Shown: positions 29,680-40,328, counted from the first letter of the stretch. The stretch: DNA of 64,000 nucleotides from Nitrospirota bacterium (GCA_029858285.1 JAOUFN010000002.1:77896-141895), one strand, 5' to 3'. Program-made: numbers and translations. Notes: a model not told the origin generated them from the sequence alone.

Positions 29680-31629
29680 ATGAGACCCGACATTCCAGAG
29701 GACATGGCGGAGATCTTCGACGAGTTTCTCGTCGAAACGACCGAGTCCCTGGTGGACCTGGATCAGCACTTCCTCGCCCTCGAGTCCAACCCCGGCGACA
29801 CCGGGCTGCTCAACCAGATTTTTCGCACCGTCCACAGCATCAAGGGCGGCGCCGGCTTTCTGGGTCTCAACGACCTGGTGTCGGTGGCCCACGGCTCCGA
29901 AAACATCCTCAACAAATTGCGTAACGGTGAACTCGGCGTCACCCCCGAGATCATCGACATCGTCCTCCAGTCGGTGGATGTCATCAAGGCGATCCTGGCC
30001 CAATGCCGGGGCGAGGATGTCGGCCAGATGGACATCCCCAACATCGTCCAGAAACTGGAGTTGATGCTCCAGTTCGCCGAGGAAATGGGCTCCCACGCGG
30101 CCACCGCCGCCACCACCGCGCTGCAGGACGCCCCGCAGGGGGAAACTCAGGGGGAAACCCAGGGCGACATTCAGGACAAAAACCGGGACGACGCCCAGTC
30201 GGCGCCCCCGGCTCACCCCCGGTCCCCGGCCTCGGCCGCCCCGCCAGACGACGACTTTGCGGCGGCACTGGTGGAGACTCCAGCCGCCCCCGCCCCCGCC
30301 CCCGCCGCACCGGCGGCCACGGCAGTCTCCACCGAAGAGATTGCCGCCACCGCAGCCCCGGCCACGGCACCGCGCATGGAGATGGAAACCACCATCCGGG
30401 TGGACACCTCGCGCCTGGACAATGTGATGAACCTGGTGGGCGAACTGGTGCTGTGCCGCAACCGTACCCTCAAGCTGGTGTCGGAGCTCGATACCCGCTA
30501 CGAAAACGATCCCGCCCTGCGTGCCCTGGTCACCACCGCCGGACAGATGAATCTGGTCACCACCGACCTGCAACTGTCGGTGATGAAGACGCGCATGCAG
30601 CCGGTGGGCAAGATTTTCCAGAAATTCCCGCGCATGGTGCGCGACATTTCGCGCAAGCTGGGCAAGCAGATCGACCTGGTCATCTCCGGCGAAGAAACCG
30701 AACTCGACAAGTCCATGCTCGAAGAACTGGGCGACCCTCTGGTGCACTTGGTGCGCAATTCCGTGGACCACGGCATCGAAACCGCCGAAGAGCGCGAACA
30801 GTCCGGCAAACCGGCCCTGGGGATCATCCAGTTGTCCGCCGAACACGATGGCGCTTCCATCCTGATCCGCATCCAGGACGACGGGGCCGGCATCAACCAC
30901 ACCCGCATCCGCGCCAAGGTGATCGAGAAGGGGCTGATGCCCGCCGATCAGGTGACGGCCATGTCCGACCGCGAAGCGCTCAACCTGATCTTCCTGCCGG
31001 GACTGTCCACCAAGGACCAGATTTCCGACCTGTCGGGCCGTGGCGTGGGCATGGACGTGGTGCTCAGCAACATCCGCAAGGTGGGTGGCATCATCGACGT
31101 GGAATCCGAACCCGGCAAGGGCACCTCCATCACCCTGTCATTGCCCCTCACCATCGCCATCATCCCGACCCTGATGGTGCAGGTGGACACGCGCCTGTTT
31201 GCCATCCCCCTGTCGTCCATCGTCGAAACCCTGCGCGTCGGCCGCGACGAAATCCAGATGGTGGATGGCCGACCGGTCATCCGCCTGCGCGACCGCATCC
31301 TGCCGGTCACCCCCCTGGGCGACCTGTTTGGAGTCGACAATTCCCGGATCGCCTACGCCGGCATGGAATTCGCCGGGGCGGAACACACCGGCGCCCAGGT
31401 GGCCGCCGTCAACCCGGACCCGGATCGCCTCAACATCGTGGTAGTGGCGCTGGCAGAAAAGAAAATCGGCCTTGTGGTAGACGACCTGCAACAACAGGAA
31501 GAGGTGGTGATTAAATCGCTGGGGGACTACCTCGGCAGCGTTCCCGGCATCTCCGGAGCCACCATCAACGGCGAGGGTCAGGTAGTGCTGATCCTGGATG
31601 TGGGCACCGTAATCGACCTGATGCATTGA
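29680..31629 (+). CDS. cheA: Chemotaxis histidine kinase CheA
   Basis: Hpt domain (HSIKGGAGFLGL); dimerisation region; HATPase (GRGVGMDVV, GKGTSITLSLPLT); C-terminal CheW-like domain. Confidence 0.95.
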   Translation: MRPDIPEDMAEIFDEFLVETTESLVDLDQHFLALESNPGDTGLLNQIFRTVHSIKGGAGFLGLNDLVSVAHGSENILNKLRNGELGVTPEIIDIVLQSVDVIKAILAQCRGEDVGQMDIPNIVQKLELMLQFAEEMGSHAATAATTALQDAPQGETQGETQGDIQDKNRDDAQSAPPAHPRSPASAAPPDDDFAAALVETPAAPAPAPAAPAATAVSTEEIAATAAPATAPRMEMETTIRVDTSRLDNVMNLVGELVLCRNRTLKLVSELDTRYENDPALRALVTTAGQMNLVTTDLQLSVMKTRMQPVGKIFQKFPRMVRDISRKLGKQIDLVISGEETELDKSMLEELGDPLVHLVRNSVDHGIETAEEREQSGKPALGIIQLSAEHDGASILIRIQDDGAGINHTRIRAKVIEKGLMPADQVTAMSDREALNLIFLPGLSTKDQISDLSGRGVGMDVVLSNIRKVGGIIDVESEPGKGTSITLSLPLTIAIIPTLMVQVDTRLFAIPLSSIVETLRVGRDEIQMVDGRPVIRLRDRILPVTPLGDLFGVDNSRIAYAGMEFAGAEHTGAQVAAVNPDPDRLNIVVVALAEKKIGLVVDDLQQQEEVVIKSLGDYLGSVPGISGATINGEGQVVLILDVGTVIDLMH

Positions 31630-31633
31630 AGGC

Positions 31634-32806
31634 ATGGGCATGAATTCCATCCGCGTACTGGTGATCGACGACTCCGCATTCATGCGCACGGTAATCTGCC
31701 AGATGCTGGCGGGCGCGCCGGACATCCGCGTGGTCGGCCAGGCCACCAACGGCAAGGAAGGCCTGCGCATGGCCAAGGAGTTGAAGCCGGACGTCATCAC
31801 CCTGGATGTGGAAATGCCGGTGCTGGGCGGGCTTGAGATGCTCACCATCCTGATGCGCACCAACCCCACCCCGGTCATCATGCTCAGCAGCCTCACCCAG
31901 GAGGGGGCGGAGGTCACCGTCAAGGCGCTGCAACTGGGGGCGGTGGATTACCTGCCAAAGAACAACAGTGGCGGCGCCATGGGAATGCGCCGCATTGCGC
32001 CGCAACTGATCGACAAGGTGCGCGCCGTGGGTACCGGGGAAACCAGCCGGGCCATCACCGAATCGCGCCAGGCAATGCGCGAATTCGTCGACCCCAGCGG
32101 CGCGCCCCGCCGCACTGCGGAACGGCTTTCCCGCCCCGGCGATATTCCGGTGGTGGCCATCGGCTGCTCCACCGGAGGACCGGCGGCACTGTGCGAGGTG
32201 ATTCCGCACCTGCCGGAAGAGCTGGGGGCGGCAGTGGTGATCTCGCAGCACATGTCGGCCACCTTCACCCGCGCCCTGGCGGAACGGCTGGACCGCCTGA
32301 GCCCCACCTTCACGGTCCGTGAGGCCGTCGACGGCGACCGCCTGGAACCCGGCGTGGCCATTGTCGCCAAGGGCGGGCGTCACCTGACCATCGACTGTAT
32401 GCAGGACGGCTCGCTGATCTGCCGCCTGGCCTCCACCCCCGAAATGCCCACGCAACCGTCGGTGGACCTGTTGTTCGAATCCCTGGCGCGGGCCTGCCCC
32501 GAGCGTACCCTGGGCGTGGTGCTGACCGGCATGGGCAGCGACGGAGCAAGTGGCGCACACAAGCTGGTGGAGCGCGGGGGCGGTCTGATCACCCAGGCCC
32601 AGACCGGCTGTCTGGTTTACGGCATGCCTCGTGCGGTAGTGGCCACGGGGGTAGCCAGCAACGTCGCCCCGCTGGGGCGCATCGCCAAGGAAATTTACCT
32701 GTGGTCGCGCACCCAGCGCGATCTCATCGCCGCATCCAGGACCATACCCGGGGCCACGTCCAGGATCACACCCAGGGTCACACCCAGGGTCACACCCAGG
32801 GGATAA
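31634..32806 (+). CDS. cheB: Chemotaxis protein-glutamate methylesterase CheB (receiver plus methylesterase) with a repeat-encoded C-terminal tail
   Basis: Receiver domain (RVLVIDDSAFMR), catalytic GCSTGGPAAL and the HMSATFT methylesterase motif. The last ~25 aa (...ITPRVTPRVTPRG) are encoded by the 12-bp tandem repeat. Confidence 0.92.
   Translation: MGMNSIRVLVIDDSAFMRTVICQMLAGAPDIRVVGQATNGKEGLRMAKELKPDVITLDVEMPVLGGLEMLTILMRTNPTPVIMLSSLTQEGAEVTVKALQLGAVDYLPKNNSGGAMGMRRIAPQLIDKVRAVGTGETSRAITESRQAMREFVDPSGAPRRTAERLSRPGDIPVVAIGCSTGGPAALCEVIPHLPEELGAAVVISQHMSATFTRALAERLDRLSPTFTVREAVDGDRLEPGVAIVAKGGRHLTIDCMQDGSLICRLASTPEMPTQPSVDLLFESLARACPERTLGVVLTGMGSDGASGAHKLVERGGGLITQAQTGCLVYGMPRAVVATGVASNVAPLGRIAKEIYLWSRTQRDLIAASRTIPGATSRITPRVTPRVTPRG
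32766..32801. repeat. Tandem repeat, 3 x 12-bp unit TCACACCCAGGG at the 3' end of cheB
   Basis: Three perfect copies at 32766-32801 immediately before the cheB stop (32804-32806) and the cheR ATG (32811). Confidence 0.95.
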
Positions 32807-32810
32807 ACGG

Positions 32811-33680
32811 ATGTCCGACGAGCGCCCCATAGACGCAGGACCCGTCCTCAGCGCCGAGGCCTTCCAGGTGTTGCAGGAACTGGTGCGCGACGCCTGCGGC
32901 ATTATGATCCCCGACAACCGCAACAGCGCCCTGGAGGCCCGCCTGGCCGAGCAGATGGCCAAACTTGGCCTCGACAGCTACCGCGACTATCTCGACCGCC
33001 TGCAACGGACACCTTACTCCAGCCCCCTCTGGCAGGAGTTGTTCCACCATATCAGCACCAACGAGACCTATTTTTTCCGCAACCAGTCCCAGAACCAGGT
33101 GTTTGCCGAGCACCTGTTGCCCCGGGTGCTGAAGCGCCAGGAGGGGCGGCTGTTCAAGCGCCTCAAGGTTTGGAGCGCCGCCTGCGCCACGGGTGAGGAG
33201 GCCTACACCCTGGCCATCCAGATCCTGGACGCCCTGGGCAGCAAGGCGGCCGACTGGCAGCCGCAGGTAGTCGGCACCGACATCGACGCCGAGGCCATCC
33301 GCGTGGCGGAGGGCGGCACCTATTCCGGGCGCTCCCTGCAATACGTCCCGCATCGGGTGCTGAAGCGCCACTTCGACAAGGACGGCAACACCTACAAGGT
33401 GGACGAGAAGGTCCGCCAGATGGTGTCTTTCAAGGTGGTGAACTTCGCCAGCGAGGCGGAAATGGCCACACAAATTAATATGGACGTCATCTTCTGCCGA
33501 AACGTACTTATCTACTTTGATGGGGAGTTCCGGAAGAGGGTGGTGGATCGTCTGTATCACAGTTTGAAACCGGGTGGCTATCTGGTGATCGGCCATTCGG
33601 AGTCCCTGCGTGGAGTCCATACCGGATTCGACGCCGTGCAGTTTCCGGGAACACATGTCTATCAACGTCCGGAGGAGTAG
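32811..33680 (+). CDS. cheR: Chemotaxis protein methyltransferase CheR
   Basis: N-terminal helical domain followed by the SAM-methyltransferase domain (LKVWSAACATGEEAYTLA, VIFCRNVLIYFD). Confidence 0.93.
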   Translation: MSDERPIDAGPVLSAEAFQVLQELVRDACGIMIPDNRNSALEARLAEQMAKLGLDSYRDYLDRLQRTPYSSPLWQELFHHISTNETYFFRNQSQNQVFAEHLLPRVLKRQEGRLFKRLKVWSAACATGEEAYTLAIQILDALGSKAADWQPQVVGTDIDAEAIRVAEGGTYSGRSLQYVPHRVLKRHFDKDGNTYKVDEKVRQMVSFKVVNFASEAEMATQINMDVIFCRNVLIYFDGEFRKRVVDRLYHSLKPGGYLVIGHSESLRGVHTGFDAVQFPGTHVYQRPEE

Positions 33681-33686
33681 GGTCCG

Positions 33687-35378
33687 ATGAATGGCAAAGC
33701 CTCACATCTGAGTATCCATGCGCGCATCCTGTTGGGAATGTGTGCGGTAGTCCTGCTTTTTTCCATTGCCGGGACGTACTCCATCGTCGCCTCCGGCCAG
33801 TCATCGCGCATGCTGACCAGCATGGCGAAGACGGAATTTCCCCTGCTGCAGGATGTTTATAACCTGACGCGCACTTTCTCCGAGGTGGACACCCAACTCG
33901 TCAGTGCCGCCGCCATGGCCGACCCCGGCAGGCTCAAGGCGGCCAACGAGTCCGCCGTGCAGTTCCGCGCCCTGCTCACCCAGATGGGTGAGCGCCCGGG
34001 TGCCGATCCGGAACGTCTGGCCAATATTGGTGAGCGCTTCGACGCCACCTTGCGCACCGGGCTGGAAATGGCCCAAAGCGCCCTGGACGGACGCTCCGAA
34101 CGGTCGGGGGTGCTGGCCAGCCGCTACGCGGCCAGCAGCCAGGAAATGCAGGGGGTGCTGCGCAACCACCTGCAGGCCACCCAGGCGCACTTCCAGCTTG
34201 CCCTCACCAAGACCAGTCTGGACACCGGGCGCGCCCGTTCCGCGATGATCTGGGGGGCTCTGGCCGTAGTGGTCATCGGCCTGTTGCTCGGCACCACCCT
34301 GGCGCGCAGCATCGTGGCGCCGATCCGCGCCATCTCCGGGGCGATCCGCGAAATCGCCCAGGGGCGCGGCGACCTGACCAGCCGCGTGCATCACAACACC
34401 ACCGATGAACTCGGAGATCTGACCCGCAATTTCAACGAGTTGCTGGACAAGCTCGAATCCATTATCTATCAGGTGTCGGTGACTTCCGCAGATATTTCCC
34501 ACTCCACCGAGACCATCGCGGTCAAGAACACCCAGATGTCCGAGGGGGCGCAGAACCAGTCCTCGCAGGCACTCAAAATCGCCGCCGCCATGGAGCAGAT
34601 GAACGCCACCGTATCCGAGGTGAGCAAAAACTCTGCCGTCGCGGCCGATTCCGCCCGTGAGGCCATGAACATCGCCACCAAGGGCGGCGAGGTGGTGCAG
34701 CAGACCATCATGGGCATGCAGGTGCTGGCGGAGCGCGTGACGCAGGCCGCCAACACCATCCAGACCCTGGGCACCAACACCGACAAGATCGGCGAAATTG
34801 TGCTGGTGATCGACGAGATTGCCGACCAGACCAACCTGCTCGCCCTCAACGCCGCCATCGAGGCGGCGCGCGCCGGCGATCAGGGACGCGGCTTCTCGGT
34901 GGTGGCAGACGAGGTACGCAAGCTGGCCGAGCGCACCACCCTGGCCACGCGCGAAATCGCCACCATGATCTCTGCCATCCAGAAGGAAACCAACAGCGTG
35001 GTCGAGATGATGAACTCCAGCCGTGCCGAGGCGGAAAAGGAGACCACCCTGGTCAACGAATCCGGCGACGCGCTGGCCAACATCATCGACGTTATCGCCA
35101 GCGTGACCGACATGGTGGAGCAGATCGCCACGGCGGCGCGGGAGCAGGCCATCGCCACCGACGAGATCACCACCAACATCGAGGGCATCGCCACCGTCAC
35201 CGACGACACCTCCAAGGGGGTGCAACAGTCGGCGGACGCCGCCACCCAGCTCAACCGGCTGGCCTCCGACCTGAAGACCATGGTGGGACAGTTCAATGTG
35301 CGCGGGACCGCCGCGGCCAAGGCGGTTCAGGATTCGGGTCGCCCGGGCAAGTCCCCGGCGCGGGTGGCTGTGGGGTAA
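33687..35378 (+). CDS. Methyl-accepting chemotaxis protein (2 TM, HAMP, MCP signalling domain)
   Basis: N-terminal TM ([15 protein letters not shown]), a second TM followed by HAMP, and the highly conserved signalling-domain hairpin [36 protein letters not shown]. Confidence 0.92.
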   Translation: MNGKASHLSIHARILLGMCAVVLLFSIAGTYSIVASGQSSRMLTSMAKTEFPLLQDVYNLTRTFSEVDTQLVSAAAMADPGRLKAANESAVQFRALLTQMGERPGADPERLANIGERFDATLRTGLEMAQSALDGRSERSGVLASRYAASSQEMQGVLRNHLQATQAHFQLALTKTSLDTGRARSAMIWGALAVVVIGLLLGTTLARSIVAPIRAISGAIREIAQGRGDLTSRVHHNTTDELGDLTRNFNELLDKLESIIYQVSVTSADISHSTETIAVKNTQMSEGAQNQSSQALKIAAAMEQMNATVSEVSKNSAVAADSAREAMNIATKGGEVVQQTIMGMQVLAERVTQAANTIQTLGTNTDKIGEIVLVIDEIADQTNLLALNAAIEAARAGDQGRGFSVVADEVRKLAERTTLATREIATMISAIQKETNSVVEMMNSSRAEAEKETTLVNESGDALANIIDVIASVTDMVEQIATAAREQAIATDEITTNIEGIATVTDDTSKGVQQSADAATQLNRLASDLKTMVGQFNVRGTAAAKAVQDSGRPGKSPARVAVG

Positions 35379-35381
35379 CCC

Positions 35382-35912
35382 ATGGAAACCGCAACGACCA
35401 CCCGACACGACGACGCCGCTCCGGCGTCCCGCACCGGTGCCCATCCAGACACCGGCGTGCCGGACCAGGAGGCCCAGGACTCCCTTCAGCTGATCACGTT
35501 TTCACTGGGGGAAGAGCTGTTCGCCCTGGATATTCTGAAAGTGCAGGAAATCATCCGCGTGTCGCCCATCACGCCCGTCCCCCACACCCCCGACTTCGTG
35601 GACGGCGTCCTGACCCTGCGCGGCAAGATCGTGCCGGTCATCGACCTGCGTACCCGCCTGAGCCTGTCCCGCACCGGACACGGTATCTCCACCCGGGTGG
35701 TGGTGACCAACGTGCGCGGCCAGTTACTGGGGTTGGTGGTGGACCGGGTGCACGAAGTGGCGCGGCTGCCCCTGAACAAAATAGAGTCCGCCGCCACCGC
35801 TGGCGCAGCAGTGCATGACTATGTGCACGGAGTGGGGCGGCTGGGGGCCCGCCTGGTAACCCTGCTGGACATCGAAGCCATCAGTGTTCCCCTGGCCGCC
35901 CACGCGGCATAA
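35382..35912 (+). CDS. cheW: Chemotaxis coupling protein CheW
   Basis: QLITFSLGEELFALDILKVQEIIRV...GKIVPVIDLR CheW domain, 176 aa. Confidence 0.9.
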   Translation: METATTTRHDDAAPASRTGAHPDTGVPDQEAQDSLQLITFSLGEELFALDILKVQEIIRVSPITPVPHTPDFVDGVLTLRGKIVPVIDLRTRLSLSRTGHGISTRVVVTNVRGQLLGLVVDRVHEVARLPLNKIESAATAGAAVHDYVHGVGRLGARLVTLLDIEAISVPLAAHAA

Positions 35913-35935
35913 CCACCGGGGAGGCGGCGCCTGTC

Positions 35936-36199
35936 CTAGTGGGTGTGGCGCGACCCGGGAAAGTGCAGCACCTTGCCGTCGCTCGGGACGGTCGGAACTT
36001 CCGGGCGCGGCCCGGAGAGTTCCTTGAGCACCCGGGTGGAAACTTCCATCAACTCGGTGGCGGCCTTGAGCGTCAGGTTGAACTGCTGCAGGGCCTCCTC
36101 GTTGCGACCATCGCGGCGCAGTTCCTTGAAGCGCTCGTAATGCTGCTGCAGGGCTTCCTTCATCTCGCGAATCTGTCTGACCTTGTCGGTTTCCGGCAT
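35936..36199 (-). CDS. Hypothetical small coiled-coil protein (87 aa)
   Basis: Internal ATG of ORF 35936..36334; helical charged sequence KVRQIREMKEALQQHYERFKELRRDGRNEEALQQFNLTLKAATELMEVSTRVLKEL. No recognisable family, and convergent with cheW. Confidence 0.3.
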   Translation of the reverse strand: MPETDKVRQIREMKEALQQHYERFKELRRDGRNEEALQQFNLTLKAATELMEVSTRVLKELSGPRPEVPTVPSDGKVLHFPGSRHTH

Positions 36200-36676
36200 T
36201 GGCTTTGTCACCTTTCGTCCCGTTTTGGCCTGCGCCCGGTTGCCCCCGCACCGTGCAGGGAACTTCCTCGGCCGGAACCGCATCGGGCTGTTGGCACACA
36301 TCGGGCACACACTCTGGCGGATATCCCGCCGCAAGCGACACCCCTACACTCTACCGCCGTTTCCGGCATGAATTCCCGCCCCCGTGGAGAATTCCCCTCC
36401 CGGTGGCAGCTGCAAACCCAATGCCGTCACCGGTCACCCTCGGAAAAACTGGGATTTCCTGTTCCGATTGGCTATGATGGGGATTCGGGCACGATCTGTC
36501 GTCGGCTTGCCGTCGGTGGTGGCTTTTCCGAAAAACGGTAGAAAAGTATCTCATGTGGGGACGGGCGCCCGGGCCGGATGGCTTCGGCGGCGGCCCGCCA
36601 ATACAGGTTCCGGCCAGGCATCTCCGTTGACGAAATTTCGTCGGTGGGGCCCGGTTGCGGAGGGGGAGGCGCACGG

Positions 36677-37810
36677 ATGATCCGGTCAATACCTGCCACC
36701 AGGGCCGTCCTGGTCCCCCTGCTGTGTGCAGGTGTGGTCTGGCTGGCTGGCTCCGGCGCGGCGCAGGCTTTCGAGTTCAACGGCTTCGGCGACATGACCT
36801 ACCGGGCGCGCGGAGCCTCGAACGGCGGAGGCGCGAACAACGGCTTTGCCCTTGGCCAGCTCGACCTGTACGCCACCAAGGAGGTCACCGACCGCACCGA
36901 CGTGCTGATAGAGATCGTCGCCGAGGACCGCCAGCAGGGCGGCTTCGAGGTAGACCTGGAGCGCCTGCAGTTCACCTACACCCTGAGCAACGTGCACCGG
37001 CTGCGCGCCGGCCGTTTTCACACCATCCTCGGCTACTGGGGCCACGCCTATCACCACGGCGCCCACCTGCAAACCACCATTTACCGGCCCTTCTTTCTGG
37101 AATTCGAGGACCGCGGCGGCGCGCTGCCGGCCCACGCCGTGGGCCTGTGGTGGTCGGGCCGCTGGGCCTCTGCGGCGGGCCGCCTGGAAACCTCGGCCAT
37201 GGTCCACAACGGCAGCACCGTGATCTGGAACTCCGCTGCTGGTTCCCCAACCGGGACGCTTGAGACCTCCACCGGGGGCGACTCCGACAACCATAAATCC
37301 GTGGTGTTTGCCATCAATTTCCGCCCCTCCGCGCTGGAGGGTCTGGAGGTCGGCGCATCGGGACAGAGCGGCGCAGTGCGGGTGACAGACACCGCAATTC
37401 CCCTTTCCCCCACCGACAAGGACGTGCGCGAGGTCATCACCGCGGCCCACGTCGCCTACCCCGGAGAACAGGTGGAATTTATCGCCGAGCGCTACGATTG
37501 GCACCATACCCGCGGGGGTACCCAGACCAGTGCCAACGCCTGGTATCTTCAGGCCGGTGGACGCGTCGGCAAGGGCTTTTTGTACATGCGTTACGCCACC
37601 ATGGACGCGGAGAAGGACGACTACTTCGACGGTATCGGTTTTACCACCTTCTCCTCCTCTCTTGCGGGGCGGCGCCGCACCATCGGCACCGCCGGAGTGC
37701 GCCTGGACATTCATTACCTGACCGCCCTCAAGCTGGAACTCAGCCAGGTGGACGACGATCAGGACGGCCAGTACGAAACCGGGACGGTCCAGTGGACCTT
37801 CGCGTTTTGA
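36677..37810 (+). CDS. Putative outer-membrane beta-barrel porin
   Basis: Signal peptide MIRSIPATRAVLVPLLCAGVVWLAGSGAAQA (start moved to 36677). Alternating amphipathic beta-strands and a C-terminal aromatic-terminated signature ...GTVQWTFAF. Confidence 0.55.
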   Translation: MIRSIPATRAVLVPLLCAGVVWLAGSGAAQAFEFNGFGDMTYRARGASNGGGANNGFALGQLDLYATKEVTDRTDVLIEIVAEDRQQGGFEVDLERLQFTYTLSNVHRLRAGRFHTILGYWGHAYHHGAHLQTTIYRPFFLEFEDRGGALPAHAVGLWWSGRWASAAGRLETSAMVHNGSTVIWNSAAGSPTGTLETSTGGDSDNHKSVVFAINFRPSALEGLEVGASGQSGAVRVTDTAIPLSPTDKDVREVITAAHVAYPGEQVEFIAERYDWHHTRGGTQTSANAWYLQAGGRVGKGFLYMRYATMDAEKDDYFDGIGFTTFSSSLAGRRRTIGTAGVRLDIHYLTALKLELSQVDDDQDGQYETGTVQWTFAF

Positions 37811-37893
37811 GGGCCCAGGGTATGGCAGGAAACAGCCTTTCGGGTGGGACGGGGTATGTGGCGGGACTTGTGGCAAGGCTCGGGGCGGGGCAC

Positions 37894-38373
37894 ATGTTGA
37901 GGACTGGCGGCAGGCATTGGCATCAAAAGATCGCCCATCTGGCATGGGTTCTGGCTGTCCTGTGTCTGACCATGGGCACGCTTGCCGCCGAGGCCCGGGC
38001 GGTGGAGGTGGTGGTCATCACCAACCGCGAGGCTCCGGTGGACCCCCTTACCAAGGTTCAGTTGCGCAACATCTACCTGGGAGAAATAACCTTCTGGGGC
38101 AACACCCGCCTGACCCCGGTCACCTACCAGCACGAAACCCCCCTGCAGATCAGTTTCTTCCAGCAGGTGGTGGGGATCTCGGCGAACGCTTTCAAGACCT
38201 ACTGGATCAAGCGCATCTTCCGGGAGGGCGGCATCCCCCCGCAGCGGGTGAACTCTGTGGATGAAGCTATCCGGCTGGTGGGAGACACCCCGGGAGCGGT
38301 TGGTTACGTTCCGGTGGGGGCCGCCGCCGACCACCCCAAGGTGCGCGAAGTGCTGCGCATTCCGGACAACTGA
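37894..38373 (+). CDS. Small periplasmic PBP-like (phosphate-binding-protein-fold) domain protein
   Basis: Signal peptide MLRTGGRHWHQKIAHLAWVLAVLCLTMGTLAAEA. A VVVITNREAPVDPLTKVQLRNIYLGEITFW...AVGYVPVGAA segment resembles PstS-like PBP domains; 159 aa. Confidence 0.45.
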   Translation: MLRTGGRHWHQKIAHLAWVLAVLCLTMGTLAAEARAVEVVVITNREAPVDPLTKVQLRNIYLGEITFWGNTRLTPVTYQHETPLQISFFQQVVGISANAFKTYWIKRIFREGGIPPQRVNSVDEAIRLVGDTPGAVGYVPVGAAADHPKVREVLRIPDN

Positions 38374-38454
38374 CTAAAACCGATTGACCCCGGCCGGTTG
38401 ACCCCAGCCGGTCGGTCGAACCCGGCAATCGGGACCCGGCCTGTCCCCCGGAAA

Positions 38455-39267
38455 TCAGTCTTCCGGCCCGGCGGCGCGTTCACACCCAGCCCGTTCAAAG
38501 GCCACCAGCAACCCCAGCAGTGTCAGTTCGGGCACATGCTCGTGGGGCACCCGCAACAGGGGAGACAGCAGCGGCGCCCGGCCCCCGGTGAGCAGCACCG
38601 CCGGGGCGTTGCCCCTCGCCATCCCGGCCCCCGCCTGTAGTGCGGTGCGGATTTCTTCCGCCAGCCGCTCCACCAGCCCTGCATAGCCATACACAATGCC
38701 CGCCTGCATGGCGGCCCCGGTGCTGGCGCCGATCGGTCCCCGGGGCATGGCAATGTCGATCTGCGGCAACCGTTCGGCACGGGCCACCAGACCAGACAGG
38801 GCCACATCCATCCCCGGCGCGATGGCTCCCCCCAGGTAACGCCCGACGCCATCCACAGCAGTAAGGGTGACGGCGGTCCCGATATCGGCCACCACCACCG
38901 CGCCCCGCACCCGCTGCCACGCGGCGGCGGCATTGGCCAGACGGTCGGCGCCGGTGGTCTCGGGGGCGTCCACGCACAGGGTCAGCCCCAGATCGGCGTG
39001 GTGATCCACCACCACCGCCTCCCGCCCGGTGATCCGCCGCACAACCCCCCTCAGGTCGGCGTCACGCGACGGGGTAACACTGGCCACCGCGCCCCCGGCC
39101 CACGGCCCCTCGCCGGACAGGTTTTCCTCCAGTTCCACTAACCGGGCATGGCCAATGCGCCACATGCGCTCCAGCTTCCCGCCCCGGAACACCCCCACCG
39201 TCACCGTACTGTTGCCCGCGTCCAGCGCCAACACCCCCGGCACCGACGGGCTCGGCGGCGGGTTCAT
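38455..39267 (-). CDS. coaX: Type III pantothenate kinase
   Basis: LALDAGNSTVTVGVF N-terminal ASKHA motif and overall CoaX/Baf collinearity. The start overlaps the birA stop. Confidence 0.85.
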   Translation of the reverse strand: MNPPPSPSVPGVLALDAGNSTVTVGVFRGGKLERMWRIGHARLVELEENLSGEGPWAGGAVASVTPSRDADLRGVVRRITGREAVVVDHHADLGLTLCVDAPETTGADRLANAAAAWQRVRGAVVVADIGTAVTLTAVDGVGRYLGGAIAPGMDVALSGLVARAERLPQIDIAMPRGPIGASTGAAMQAGIVYGYAGLVERLAEEIRTALQAGAGMARGNAPAVLLTGGRAPLLSPLLRVPHEHVPELTLLGLLVAFERAGCERAAGPED

Positions 39268-40307
39268 CGGGAATCCCCGCGTTTTCCCCGGTGGCCGTTT
39301 CCTGCCGGGGCAGACAGGGAGACATCCCCGGAATACATGCGCACCGGGCGCCCCTCCACCCGCAGCACCAGAGCCCCGTCATCCCCCACCGCCTCGGCCA
39401 GACCGGTCACCCGGTCTCCCCCCGCGCCGTGTACCGTCACTTCCCGGCCCAGGGTGGTGCACAGCGGGCGATACCGGCGCAGAACTTCCCCTCCCTGCCC
39501 GTCCATAAGGTACCCATAGATCACCTCCAGCCGGTCCAGCACACGGGCCAGCAGGGGGGCCACCGCCACCGGAGCGCCCACTGCCTCTGCCAGGGAGGCC
39601 GCCAACGGGCGCACCTCCGGGGGCAGATCGTCGGCACGGGTGTTGACGTTCAGGCCAATGCCCACCACGGCGCGGGTGATGCGGTCGGGGTCGGTGCGCG
39701 CCTCGGTGAGGATGCCCGCCACCTTGCGGCCCTGCCACAGCAGGTCGTTCGGCCACTTGATGTCGAGGTTCACTCCGCAGTGGGCGGCAATCCCCTCTGC
39801 CAGCCCGACGGCGGTGGCCAGGGTGACCAGGGGCACCCCGGCGGGGGGCATTCCGGCGGGTTCCAGGACCAGGGAAAAGGGCACCGTGCCGGTGGGAGTC
39901 TCCCACCGCCGCCCCAGCCGACCACGCCCGCCGGTCTGGCGCAGGGCGGCCAGCACCGTGCCATGGCCCAGGGCCGGGTCATCCAGGGCGCGGCGGTTGG
40001 TGGAATCCACCTCCGGCAGCACCAGCAGAGGGTGACCCAGCCAGCGGCTGGTCAACAGCGCCGTCACCTCACGCGGCGACAAACCCTGCGGCGCGGCGGC
40101 CAACCGATACCCCCGGCGCGGGTGGGACTCGATGACATACCCCTCGCCCTGCAACACCTGCATCTGCTTCCACACTGCGGTGCGCGAGATGCCCAGTTCC
40201 CGCGCCAGCACGCTTCCCGACACAAAGCCGTCCGACCCCGCGCAGCGCAAACGCGCCAGCAGCCGGTCGGCGGTTCGGGTGACGCTGTCGGCAGCACTCA
40301 TGGGCAC
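39264..40307 (-). CDS. birA: Bifunctional biotin--[acetyl-CoA-carboxylase] ligase / biotin operon repressor BirA
   Basis: N-terminal wHTH (GFVSGSVLARELGISRTAVWKQMQVL); GRGRLGRRW biotin-binding motif; KWPNDLL; C-terminal SH3-like domain. Confidence 0.9.
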   Translation of the reverse strand: MPMSAADSVTRTADRLLARLRCAGSDGFVSGSVLARELGISRTAVWKQMQVLQGEGYVIESHPRRGYRLAAAPQGLSPREVTALLTSRWLGHPLLVLPEVDSTNRRALDDPALGHGTVLAALRQTGGRGRLGRRWETPTGTVPFSLVLEPAGMPPAGVPLVTLATAVGLAEGIAAHCGVNLDIKWPNDLLWQGRKVAGILTEARTDPDRITRAVVGIGLNVNTRADDLPPEVRPLAASLAEAVGAPVAVAPLLARVLDRLEVIYGYLMDGQGGEVLRRYRPLCTTLGREVTVHGAGGDRVTGLAEAVGDDGALVLRVEGRPVRMYSGDVSLSAPAGNGHRGKRGDSR

Positions 40308-40328
40308 TTCACATGAACCCGCCGGGCA

